Shown: in pieces, positions 12,801-24,300 of the stretch
Layout of the letters: every line of letters begins with the position of its first letter
How positions within the stretch are numbered: position 1 is the stretch's first letter
Assembly (NCBI GenBank): GCA_000708835.1
Contig: DF237003.1
Coordinates: forward strand, 43,419 to 107,418
DNA length: 64,000 nucleotides
Source of the DNA: Klebsormidium nitens
Taxonomy: Eukaryota; Plantae; Klebsormidiophyceae
Direction of reading: 5' to 3'
Made by a program: the position numbers and the translations under genes
The notes under the pieces: model-generated
What the model was told of the DNA's origin: nothing
The model's input: the letters and a program-made list of their open reading frames with translations, nothing else
Database searches by the model: none

Positions 12801-15800
12801 TGCATGATTGTGGAAACCGACGGGCTGCACAGTACCTGCAATGACTTCTAGCATGCAGGACTTTGGATAGCCTGTCAAAAAGATGACAGGCTAAACAGAC
12901 GCCAAAATAACTAGACAGGGGGCGTCTCTCACTGGCAGCCAGGCTGACAAAGGGCGGGACGGTAAAGTTGTTGCTGGCGCCCACTGCCAGCAGGCCCGCG
13001 TCCCGGTTGTCGCACAGCCAGCCGCTCCCGCTGACGCCAGCAGGGCACGCGCAGACGGGAACTCCCCCAGAAAGAGTACACGTGGCAATGGGGTCGCACG
13101 GGTTGTTCACGCCGCAGTTGGCGAAGGCGCAGCCTGCCGCAACGAGAAGAATGGTGAAGTGAGGGATGTCGAGGGAGAGGAAATTAGAGGAATGTTTGGC
13201 GAGTTTGCCTTTCCGTTGCAACGGAATGCCGCTGCTTTTAAAGGAGAACTGACGTGGGCGTTTGTAGGGATTCTTGATAGACGGGGGAAAAACCTGTGCA
13301 GCAAGCTGAAGAAGCAGGATCCAGTCTCGACACGTTTGGAGACGTTAGCGGACCCCTAAACTTTTGCGATGTTTCCTGCCGCTTCACAACCAAACCCGCT
13401 GTATTGCAACAGGCGAAGAAACTGCTTCTCAGTTCGCAAGTCGACGTCCGGGCAACACTCACTTGAGTTGACGACCCCGCCAGCCCCCGGCACGACTATC
13501 CCCACCGGTTGGCTCGGGCAAAAGTTGGTCGTCCCGTCCGAGGGGCTGTTCGCCACCCTGATTCCGGCCCCCCCCAGCACAGAGTCTGCGCTGTTGCGCG
13601 TAAAGACGTTGGGGCTAGCAACAGTTGCATAGCTGTCGTCTAAAGACATTGCACCCCCTAACGGCGCATAGTTCTGGATGAAGTTGTTCCCGCTGAGGAG
13701 CGTGAAGTAGCTGCTCTCGTCGAACACGGCCCCGCCGCTCTCCTGCAAACGGTGGGCTAAGGTAAGGAGTCCTTCTTAGCAGGGGGGAGTAAGCAGAAAA
13801 CTTCGCCTCAGCTCTATGGTGCACAGAAGCGACGGCAAAGCCGCTCTCCTGCAAACTGCGGGCTGAGATAAGGACTCCTTAGCAGGGGGGGTGAGTAAGC
13901 AGAAAACTTCGCCTCAGCTCTATGGTACACAGAAGCGACGGCAACGCCGTTCTCCTGCAAAGTGCGAGCTAAGACAAGGACTCCATATTAGCAGGGGGGA
14001 TTCGAGCAGGAAGCTTTGCTTCAACTCCTTGGCGCACAGAAGTCGGGCCGCCGCCAAGTGGTGAGTGTATGATTCGCTACTCGCGACAGAAATGCTGCCG
14101 CGTTCCCGTCTGCGAGCGGCTCGAACGACCGTCTCATCGGGACAGACGAGATACAAGCAACACCCTTGCAAGCAAGCTCAGTACTTGTCCGTTCCATACG
14201 TTTGTGGCTGTGCACAACTGCAAGTGGAAGTGGTTCGACGAAAGCCGTCTAGAGCGGCGATGGCCCCGCCCCACCAGCATCTTTCAAAGCTCCAGCTTAC
14301 AAAGAGGACGTAAGAAGACCTGCCCAATCTCAAAGAGGAAACCTGACGCACCAGCTTTGCAGTTGCCACATGGCGGCCTTGACTCGAAGTTCAGCTGCCA
14401 TCGAAACAAACGCTTTAAAGCGCAGAGAACCCCTTGCTCGACGTCGTCTTTCGTATCATCATGCGATTACATCCAATGCAACAAGACACGGAAAAAAAAG
14501 CGGGCGGGGTGTCCTCACGTAGGCCGTATTGTTGGCAAAGGTGTTGCCAGCGATGGTGATATTCCGCGTACCCGAGTCCACGTAGACCGCCCTGCAAGCA
14601 GAACCGCACGTGCTTCTTAAGTCTGTCTCTAGCTCGAAGATTGGGGGGAGGCCAAGATAGACGAGCAGTCTAATACTTCTAGGGCTTTTTCTCATATGTC
14701 AGCAGTTGCGGGTATTTTGTTGGGGCTGTTAGGTGATGGTTTCTTTTTGCATCTTTGGTTGGATCTTGTCGACGTTTAGGGCCAGAAAACGTTCGTATCT
14801 TGTCTGTAGCACGAGAGACGGTCCGTCCTTTGCTCTCAGAAAAGGCCCGTTCGGACACTGGTCAAAACTGGCTAGGCACTATGCGGTCGGACCGGCAATG
14901 CTGATACGCAAAATGCCCTGAAATCTTTGCTTCGAATGCCTAGAAGCGGCCGTAGCTACAGAAAACAATCTGGATGACCGAACGCACGCCTTAAAGATAG
15001 GGTTAGCTTATGCTTTCGACATCCTGAATCAAGAGTACTGTCTTGCCAGACCACAGGGGACATAACAGTCAGCAAACAATGCGGCAACCAGATTGCAACA
15101 CGTTACTTGACCGCCCACCTGATCAAAATAAGATGCTCAGATTTGACGGGCCATCATCTGTCGTCGCAAGGCCTAATTACTTAATACCTGTGTCTCGAAA
15201 CGCCGAGACCTTTCGGCGGATGACCTCGATGCTGAAATCACAGTGATGAAGTGGGGCCAAAGTTCGTAATGAGGCTGCCCCAAACGGGTACAGAAACTCT
15301 TCTTGAATGGGTCCAATCACGCACCCGCCTTTCGACGTCGCATTGTTGTACAGAAAGAGGGACCCGCGGATGGAGTTCGTGGCAACCGTGGGGCCGAAGG
15401 AGTCGTACAGAGAATACACGTTGATGGCCCCGCCTTCCTGCGGCAGCGTACACAAACTTCTGGGTTAGGTTGACTGAGAGCTTGTTAACTAAAGGTTCTG
15501 CTTGGGACTACGAACGAAATCCAGAACCTAACCCGCTCTAGAACCCAGTTTAACTACCCAGATCAAAACGCGTTTTGCCGGGCAGTTTGGTTAGTCAACA
15601 TGGTCCTTAGTCAACGTGAGATTGGGGGAATTAGCGCAAACAACCCAGCGTTCTGGGCAGTCTCGGAAAATAGAGGCGAGGGAGCGAAAGCACGAAGAGG
15701 TGGCGGGCAAAGGTTGCAGGATAGCAAGAAGACGCATGGAACGTGCACCACGTACATCAAGAGGCTGCGCGTTTGCTTATATGCCGGATCGTCTGTCTCA

Positions 15801-18800
15801 GACAGCTGGTTCCGAGTGGCTATTGCCGGTGCGGAATTGTCGGGTCACGACCGTCTATCCGGAATTGCGAACCCAAGTTCAAGTTTTACACAAGCGAGTG
15901 TGGATCTGCAAAATCTTTCCTGCGACACACGTTCTCGAGATCCTGGGAAACGAACACTTGCGGCAATTATCTAGGACTCTCGACATCAAAGTAAGTGATG
16001 GATCGTTTGAGAGGATGCCATTTACACCTGGTCTCGCAGAAGAGCGAATAAAGGAGCCATCAAAATCGATCAGGGCCAAAAGGTGGCTCTTCTGCTAGAC
16101 GGCGAAGGAAAGAGAATACGATAGACGTGACCTTGCAAGCGGGTTAGCTAGAATGGTCGGAGGCCTTGTCTTACGTCCGCACTGTTCTGCGTGAAGTTAG
16201 AGTTCCTGACGTCTATGGCTGTCCCATCAGCGTACAGGGCCCCTCCGCCGGAAGATGCGCTGTTGTTCACAAACTGGCAAGCTGTGATGGTGGCGTTTCC
16301 CTGGTAGTAGATCGCACCTGCACCACCAGACTTACTTTAAGAATGATGAAACCAGGCTTCAGATTATTCTGCGGCTCCGCTTCTACGTGAGACGCCGTTC
16401 GAAGCAATGACAAGGATTACTAGTATGGATCGAAGCCTGTAGCCTTGTTGAACGGTCGAAGAGGAAGAGTCGAAGGGTATCATATAGCAACTTGACATCA
16501 CTCACAACAAAGGACCTTGAGCGTAAATCTGCTGTCTGTTCAGCAGAGAGCTGCAGTAGCCCCGTGCAGTTGGGTGCAAATCATGAAAGGCTGGACGCTT
16601 TCGGACCCTCTGCCCTTCGTGCTTCTGCGCAGGCAAGCTCGATTTCATTTCCTCCCAGGGATGTGCCCAGACCGTTCTGTCTTTGAGTACTGCCTTTGAG
16701 TACGGTGTGGGCGAGTGCAAAGTGAAGAGAGATGGGCGGAGAGAAGCGCCTCTTCCCGTTTCAGCCAAGAGGCTTTTCCGTGTCCCTTGGCAACGCCCTC
16801 CCGTTTATCTTCCCTGATCAAGCCTCTCCCATCTCCGCAACTGGTGATTGCCCCCTTTCTCCTCACTCTTCGGTCGTGCAAGCAGTCCTTCCCGGTTTGC
16901 TCTACACGTGTTCTCCCGCTCCATCGTTTCAAGATATAATCTCACCTCCGTACGACGCACGGTTGTTGGTGAACAGCACGGTATCGGCCACCAAGTATGT
17001 AGACGACCGCGCATAGATCGCGCCGCCGTATGTCCCGCTCGAGGTGCTCGATCTGGAGGTCTGCAAAACGAACCATTTCGTAAGCCGGAAATTGCGGCGC
17101 ATGGGTGTCTTACATGGACTCTCAATTGTGTGCTGAAGCACCTTCATGGGGACAAGGAGAAAGCTGATGCTAGGGCTTTCTGGAACCTAGTGAATCACCG
17201 TCGGATTCGATCGAGCGGTTCCAAGTTTCGTGAACCGCAGTCGAACAGCCTCCAATCGGACGGTTTGCGCGTTGAAAGGAGCCCTCACTAATATTGGACG
17301 ATGTCAATTGTATTTTGACAGCCCCAGCCTTTGCTTCGTTCCAGTACCGACTCTCTTTTCTCCGCTCTTTCATGACACGACATCAAGCAGCAAGAAAACG
17401 CTTCCCTTTGCAAGGACGATTGCAGGCACCAGGAATTCCAACGCGCAGTTACAAGAAAGCGAAACCCTTTTGATCATGATTTCTCCTAATCCCTGAGCGC
17501 AGCATGACAGCGATCCGCCACATACACGTGCCCTCTAACGAGCGGCCCTGGCAGTGCTACGAGAGATGAATTTGAGCAGTGGCCAAGGTAAGAAGCTCAG
17601 GAATCTAAGCTGAGGAGCGGCTTTCGGCTACAGATCCGACGTGGAGAGTTTCGAAAGCAGGGGCACTCACATCGCCTTTGTCCAGCCACAGGTTCCGGAA
17701 GATGACGTTCCCGGCGTTTGCAGCGACGTCGAAGAGTCGCAGCTGCAAGGAGAGTTATCTTCTACAAAATAGTAACACAATCGCACCCTGCTTACAGACA
17801 CGATCTTGTTATGATTTGGTTTCATGAATTTGATTGGCATCTCAGACTTGGGTGCAATGTTTGGAGTTGGAGTCTATGTAGAGGGCTAGGCATGATCGTC
17901 TCTGTAAGCATCAAGTGCTCCCTCACAGCCAAGAGAATGCGGCACATATGTTTGGCTCTGCAGTTGGGATTCGACATCCGTGTATGCTAAGCAAGAGGCC
18001 GGACGAGCATTACATGCATTTCAGAATAGATGAAGAATATAGTCTCAAGAAACAGCCCGAACCCTTGGTTGAAGCCAGACAAACAAGCAATGGACAATCT
18101 GCCATGTCAGACCGGAGACAAGGAGAATCGGTACCGGACGGAAGATTAAGGCCGGGGCCTGTTGGAACCTCAATAGCGACGTCACCCCTGTCTGCATTTC
18201 TCATTGACGCCGTCCGATTGTCGGCACCACAACATCTGACGGCGTGAACGAAGTTTGAAACCCGATTCTTGGGTTGCTGAGTCTTGTGCACAGCAGAGGT
18301 CCAATAGCAGCTTATTGAGTTCCGACGCTTCAGAACCGGAGGAGTCTACGTTTCGATTGACATAACCCGATTTCCAACTGGCCCCAGCCTCAGCTTCTTC
18401 CTGGTACCGATTCTCCTGATCCCCGCTCTGTCAGCCTGCTGCTCCAGAGCATTGAGCGGTGAGTCGCCAATATAAGGGCACAGAGGAGGACGATAGCTTA
18501 CGCTGGTGGTACTCGTGGATGGCGCAGCGTAGATGCGGCAGCCGGGAGAAGGGCATTGCCCAACTAGGGTGATGGACCGCTGGATCCCAATGGTGGCAGA
18601 AAGCGCAATGTCGCTGCAGGGGGGCACCCAAAAAACCTTTTGTTTAGCTAGGAGATTAATACACATGGACAGAGTGAGAGCTGGAGGTGTGCAACGGGGA
18701 GATTTGGGTCAGCTAACTGCGTCAACAGTTTGTTATGAATCTGAAGCGCAGCCATGCAGCTGATCTGTTGGGGGCGTATTAGACAGGACTGTGTAGGCCG

Positions 18801-20246
18801 ATGAAAGGGGACTTGAGATTGCGAAGACTGCATATCTACCACGTCATTGAGACGGGCTCCTCGGTTGAGTACTCAAGAGTAGAAGGCAGACACGACAAAG
18901 TCAAATAGCACGGAATGTCACAAACTTCAGGCCCTGGACATGTAAAACCTTCCCTGTTGCAGCCAACAGCGCTCACTTGCAAATGTTGACGATCGCATCC
19001 CCCGCCAGGTTGCTAGCGGCGCTTTGCAGCCCCAAAGCGTCCTGCACGCCGACGCACGCCTGCCCCGCAACTGCAAAGGAATCCGAAGACTTTGATTTAC
19101 AGGAGTATAAGGTTTGGCGATCGTTCTCATCCGAACTGCCCGGCCTTGCATCTGGAACCATAAAGTCTTGTTGAATTCTCAACTTTCTTGTCCGTTTGCA
19201 GTGGCGTGCAAGTATCGTATGAGTAGCACTCCGATGGTGTACAAACCCTTGCTCAAGCAAATGTTGCTTTCTGGGGGCAGAATTTTGACCCTCTGCGATG
19301 TACGGAAGAGCTCCTCAGAATCTCCTGAGCAGCCACCCCCGAATTGCCCACATTTGTGCGATTGCAGTTTCCCAGCCACCCCCTGTGAGCCCACATTCGA
19401 CATTTGATTCTGGTTCCAATTTGCAGGTCTTGGCAATTGAAGATGCTGCAGGCAGATACCAAAACAGCCCATCCCACAGCAAGCTTGTTCGGTCAAGGTG
19501 GTAGTATCTTTAATTGTAAGAGCCCGCTTCTGTCCAACGCTGCTCAATGTGCCGTCCAAGCAACACCGTGAGTGGCACGGGAACAAATATTGCGACCTTA
19601 GAATGCAAAAGCTGTGGCGAATTTGTGACAATGCTGTTTCAAAGCCTTGCCATTTACAGAAAACAAGAACGTCCCGCTCAAAAACCTGGCCCGTATACCC
19701 ACGCACATTCTTCAACAACAATTGCCCAATTGAAAGCATTCTTTGTCCAGATATGCCGTCACCAACTTCTTAGTACCGACAGATTACTTTCAACAGGACC
19801 AACCCTACCATTGGATAGCCTGTTTCCTTATAATAGCCGTCCAGATTCACAATCTTGGCAGTCGCGAGCTGTAACACACCCCGAACACCTCCTGTGTCGA
19901 TGTGCCCCATAATGTGGTAATTTCCAGCCATGTCCGCGCTTGACCAAAACTTCAGGTAAACCCTCAGAGTGGGTGCCCCTCACTTCCCAAGCATTGCCAA
20001 GCTTCTCGCAATTACAATTCCCTGTGAGAATTGCCTGAAAGCCCCAAGAAACCCTTCCTTGTCACGAGGCTCCACTTTGCGCCATCGTTAGAAAAGCCCA
20101 CGAGTCCCTCAATGCTCACAATTTCAAGGGAGAAACCGCGCATTGCCACAATTCTCTGGCTGTGGCTCACCTCCATTCATCCGGCTAGCGCAGAAGACCA
20201 CCGTCAGCCAAAAGGCGGCCAATGCCGCTGCCTTTGGGGGCAACAT
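6873..20246 (-). CDS. Receptor-like kinase, copy 1 (intact, ~933 aa): signal peptide, GGA/FxxN beta-helix repeats, EGF-like module, Pro/Thr stalk, TM, RD-type RLK/Pelle kinase
   Basis: 17 exons: 20246-20171, 19070-18977, 18613-18502, 17742-17671, 17060-16946, 16317-16175, 15437-15325, 14591-14519, 13742-13463, 13133-12933, 12370-12002, 11501-11311, 10724-10565, 9757-9603, 8981-8871, 8346-8233, 7295-6873. Sum 2802 nt, all phases consistent. Kinase motifs [86 protein letters not shown] followed by [43 protein letters not shown]. Confidence 0.93.
10400..11050 (-). repeat. Decayed partial duplicates flanking RLK1 exon 13: one donor-side copy and two acceptor-side copies
   Basis: ~10405-10460 repeats DYAANGN.DAALRS plus the gtgagt donor. 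~10860-10890 and ~11005-11050 repeat the acceptor plus [12 protein letters not shown]-like sequence. Confidence 0.85.
13740..14020 (-). repeat. ~106-bp tandem repeat triplicating the acceptor of RLK1 exon 9
   Basis: The ttgcag|GAGA(G/A)CGGC acceptor occurs at 13743, 13849 and 13955. Only the last-transcribed copy (13743) opens the exon. Confidence 0.9.
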
Positions 20247-21347
20247 TGCCTTTTGACGTCCTTGCAGTGAGGTTACTGTTCTGCCTGATATTCAAATAAA
20301 ATTACGAGTTGACTGTTCCTCAGCAGCTCAGCTAGCGGAGTTTAGCAGCTACAGGTCGCCATACGGGCTCTTTGTGTGCGTTCCATGGAGGGGAAGTGAG
20401 CTCTCTGCTTCCCCAAAAGCTTTCACAAAATTTCAGCTTTGTAGTCTTAGAGTCGCAGCTGCAGGAAAGAATGACATTGAAAGAAGCTAGGTACAGCTCA
20501 GCAATCAGTATAGAGCTCTGCATTGTCTGCACACTAACTGCACAGCTTCCTGAGCAGCCGCGTCACGGGCCACGGCTTCAATAACCGGTGCTCCTAAGTG
20601 CTCCCTCTCCAATCATCGCGTTTACCGGGCGTCATGGGCACGCACGGTACGGACACATTCGCTCAACGGTCTGCCTCAGAGAACTTGAGTCGTCGATCTG
20701 CAACATCGAACGGACCGATATGTTCTCAGTACGGACATGAACTTAGGCTAACTACCTAAGTTCTAACCATCATCAATGATGTCAGATGAACTTTACACAA
20801 TCATCATCAACTTGGATACCTGCCGGTACTTGACGTGCATTGCACACTGCGCTGTGGACACAGCACACATCACAGATTGACAGAGACTTTAAAAGTGTCA
20901 CTACCTAGGTGCCGTAGTACCGATAGGTACCGAGTCTGTAGCACTGCTTGACCCGGTTGACCAACTGTGTACAGCGCTTACAGCGCTTGATAGCGTAGGT
21001 ATCATGGTACCACCTCAGAGTCAGGGGTACGGTACCTACTACCTAGCCAGAGAAGATCCTATGAAGGAAGATTCAAGAGACGGTGAAATCAAGAAGACGC
21101 GCACTTGGAAGTTGGATGCATTGAGCAGCACACGACTTCTCTTTTGGGGATATGCAAAGATTGTTGCAGGTGGCACAACCCAATGCCAGCGGCAGGGATG
21201 CGTAAAGCATGGAGAGAGTAAAGAGTTTCCATGGCAATTTTACTGCAGTGAATTGGCAGATGAAACTTCGACAGCGGTGTGCGTGATGTGTCAGCCGCCA
21301 ATGGTTGCGGAAGGAGGGCCGGGATGTTGAAGGTTGGGCTTGCAGAT

Positions 21348-21368
21348 TAGGGTTTCAGATTAGGGTTT
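21348..21368. promoter_or_regulatory. Two telo-boxes (TAGGGTTT) immediately upstream of the RING gene ATG
   Basis: tagggttt at 21348-21355 and 21361-21368; ATG at 21375. A TGGGCT site-II-like hexamer lies at ~21335. Function inferred from land-plant promoters. Confidence 0.55.
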
Positions 21369-21374
21369 GCGACC

Positions 21375-24300
21375 ATGGAGTACACCAGTTTGCAGTGCCC
21401 CATCTGCCTGGAGATCCTTGATCAACCTGTGGAGACGGATTGCGGGCACGCATTCTGCGAGGTGAGGCATCGCCTTCCCCTCAGGACCAAAACGAAGTGC
21501 TGATGTCAGCATTGGGCGCTAATCGGGGCCCAGCAGCCAGCATGTGAGCCCGCAATTGAACAGAATTGAAGGGGATTTACCGGCAGCTCTTATGAAGAGG
21601 CACTCGGTCAGGTGTTGAACAGTCACAGATGGTCATCACGTAGGGCGCTGGTCATGCAACCATGGATTTCCATTGTCTGCTTGCATAAGTAACATTCTGG
21701 CGGTGACAAAGCCAACTGTCTGGTTTATTTACGGCGGTGGTTGGCTGGTCTGTGCAAAGGGAGCCCGAGGAAGGCCTTGCTGAAAGATAATTCATGTGGT
21801 GAACAACATCCGGGTACATGTTTGCACGGAGCTCCTCTATCCCCAAAAGTAAATGCAACGAGGATCAAACAACCTTGAAACTTGATTCATAGCCTGACAC
21901 ATACCTCCGAGCCATATCAATAGGGCGTACGGAGTTCATCGCACTCTGCTTGATGGGGCGGAAAGGAGGAACGGTAGAAGAAGACTCGCTTGTTGCCCTC
22001 CAGGAAAATACCTAACTCCGTCTTCAGTGGGCGTCCAACAGCTCAGAGCCGCCCAAGGATGACCTACACTAACTTATGTTACTGGGCTAGGGAATCTGAT
22101 CTTGAAAGGCATCATCGTTGAGTTTGAAAAGACGGGCCCACTCATGCAAGACAGCAACTTTTTAGCCCCCACTCTTCAATGGATATGAAAAGCCGTCCAG
22201 TATGCTTGTCGCTAGCAAATTACAAAGTACAAAAGATGCTTGAACCCAGATGCCCTCCCAGGCACTTGCCAGCTGTCACCCCGGCCTGCCAGTTATGCCA
22301 GCTGTCAATCTCCGCCTGCCACTTGGTGACCAACATACCAGAACGTTCCTCCTTCTTTCACCACCACAGATTGGATCGTTTTCTCACTTGCCACCACGTT
22401 CCGCCACCTGTCAGCTGATCCATATCCTTATCCACATATCAGGAGTGCCTGCTGAAGAGCGTCCAGGTGTCGCCCATCTGCCCCACCTGCCGCTTCCGCA
22501 TCACAGGTGTCATCCCCTCCTTCACGCTGCGGCACGTCGTCTTTGAGTTCAAAAAGAAGAAGCAGCTTCAGAAGAGATTGAACGAGGCAGGCGTTCAGCA
22601 GTCGACTGCAGCTCCTCCAGACACTGTGAGCTTCATCTCCTGGATTGCTTCTTCCATCGTTCCTTCCTGTCCTTCTCCACTTGTGTGTGTCCACCTTGTC
22701 TTTTTTTTCCTTCTTTTTGTTCCCTTAAGAGTGTTTGATGCTCCACTCTTTCTTTCGTTTCCAGTCTTGTCTCAAACTATTGAGCATCTAGCCTTCTGAT
22801 TGACAGCAAAAACCAAGCTTTGGGTAAAGAGACGCAGCAGTGTATCCAAGTCTGATGAAAGAGTCCCACTTCAACAACAGATGTAGGAACCGGCTGAAGT
22901 GCGGTGAATCTGAGCGCACCCCATGCTCTTGGATGCAGAGTTTTATGGACAGGCCGAGCTCTTGAGGGCCCCTTTCTCCAAGTCCCGAATCACCTGTCTT
23001 GCAGAGTTCTGCCCTGAAGTTGTTCTACACCGGCCAACTAAACGATTTTCCAAAGACTAATTAGTGGTTTTGCCTCTGTCGCAGGCCCCGGATGCACCCT
23101 CCTCCGATGTCCAGGACGAGAAGCTCGCGCCAACCCCCCCCTCCGAGGACTCAGCCACTCAGCCCCCCCTCCCTCCGGTCATCACACGTAGGGGGCCCAG
23201 CCAGCCGCTCGTGAAAAAGACGATCCAAGTGCACTTCGTCCCTCGCCACCCGTTCCTGTTCACTGGAGGGGGGTTCGATCCAGGGAACGTGTTTCTGGCC
23301 GAGGGCGTGGCGGAGTTTTGCAGCCTGACAGAATTTAATGGTGAGACCTTGTTCCTGCTAGCTGCTTGAAAGAGGCAGGGGTTTCAAGTGAGATCTGAAG
23401 ATGCTCAAGTCTCGAGAAAAGGAACAACGATTAGAAGGACCTTTCTCGTTTAAGGGCACAGCCATGAAGACTGAGTTCCAAAAGTCCTAACGTGCCTGGA
23501 AAGTCTCTTCGATCGCGTCTCAAGAACTTAACCAGCTGAAAGTCTTCCCAAGGTCAAGTCTGTGCTCGACTCTTTCTTCAATCGGTAATCCATAAATAAT
23601 TTTCGGGCTGCCACTTTTCATTTCCACTTGCAATACTCTGGACCTAAACCTAGAGCAAGCCTTGGCGAAGTAATTTCTTGTATGAGTCTTACTGTGAACC
23701 GGCATCCTTTTCATCATGCTTGTTGCACGGAGCTCAAACGCTTCGCCCTCCCAGCTGCCTTGTCAATGCTGACGTCACTCTGATGTCTCACGTAAGCTTG
23801 ACCTCAACTCCTCTCCCGTGCGCAGACTTCATTTCGGAGGCCAATATCATCGCCCGGAAGTACACCCCGACCTTTTTGGAGGTGTGGGTCTTGGGCGGGC
23901 TGCTGTGCCCGGTTGGCGGCTGTTGCCTGCTCTGCTGGTGGGCCGACACCGCCAAGGAGAAGCTCAGGTGAGAAGGCGCCTGAGGAGTGTTTGGGAAAGG
24001 AATGCTTACGGCAGAAGTTTTTTGTGAAAACAACGGAAGGAACTTTTTTCCAGAGTTGAAGGCCCGGGAACGAGGCTGCTGTTTGCTCTGCTGGTGGGCC
24101 GACACCGCCAAGGAGCTAGAAGCTCAGGTGGGAATATGTCTTTTTGTTTCCACCTCAGAAGTGTTTGGACCAAAGACAATGCTCACAATCAAAAGTCGTT
24201 TAATGGACGGGGGGAAAAGTCTTCTTGAAACAAGACTTCGGAACGAGGCTGCTGTTTGCGCTGCTGGTGGGCCGACACCGCCAAGGAGAAGCTCAGGTGA

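Noticed and set aside
18973-19912. ORFs in RLK intron 1 and the paralogous ORFs at 42008-42604
   Set aside because: Only the 94-nt exon 2 keeps its frame between the paralogs; the surrounding ORFs do not, so they are intronic.
21004-21330. 108-aa ORF upstream of the RING gene, possibly a transposase fragment or upstream exon
   Set aside because: No recognisable motif, and no splice link to the RING exon, which has its own ATG and telo-boxes.
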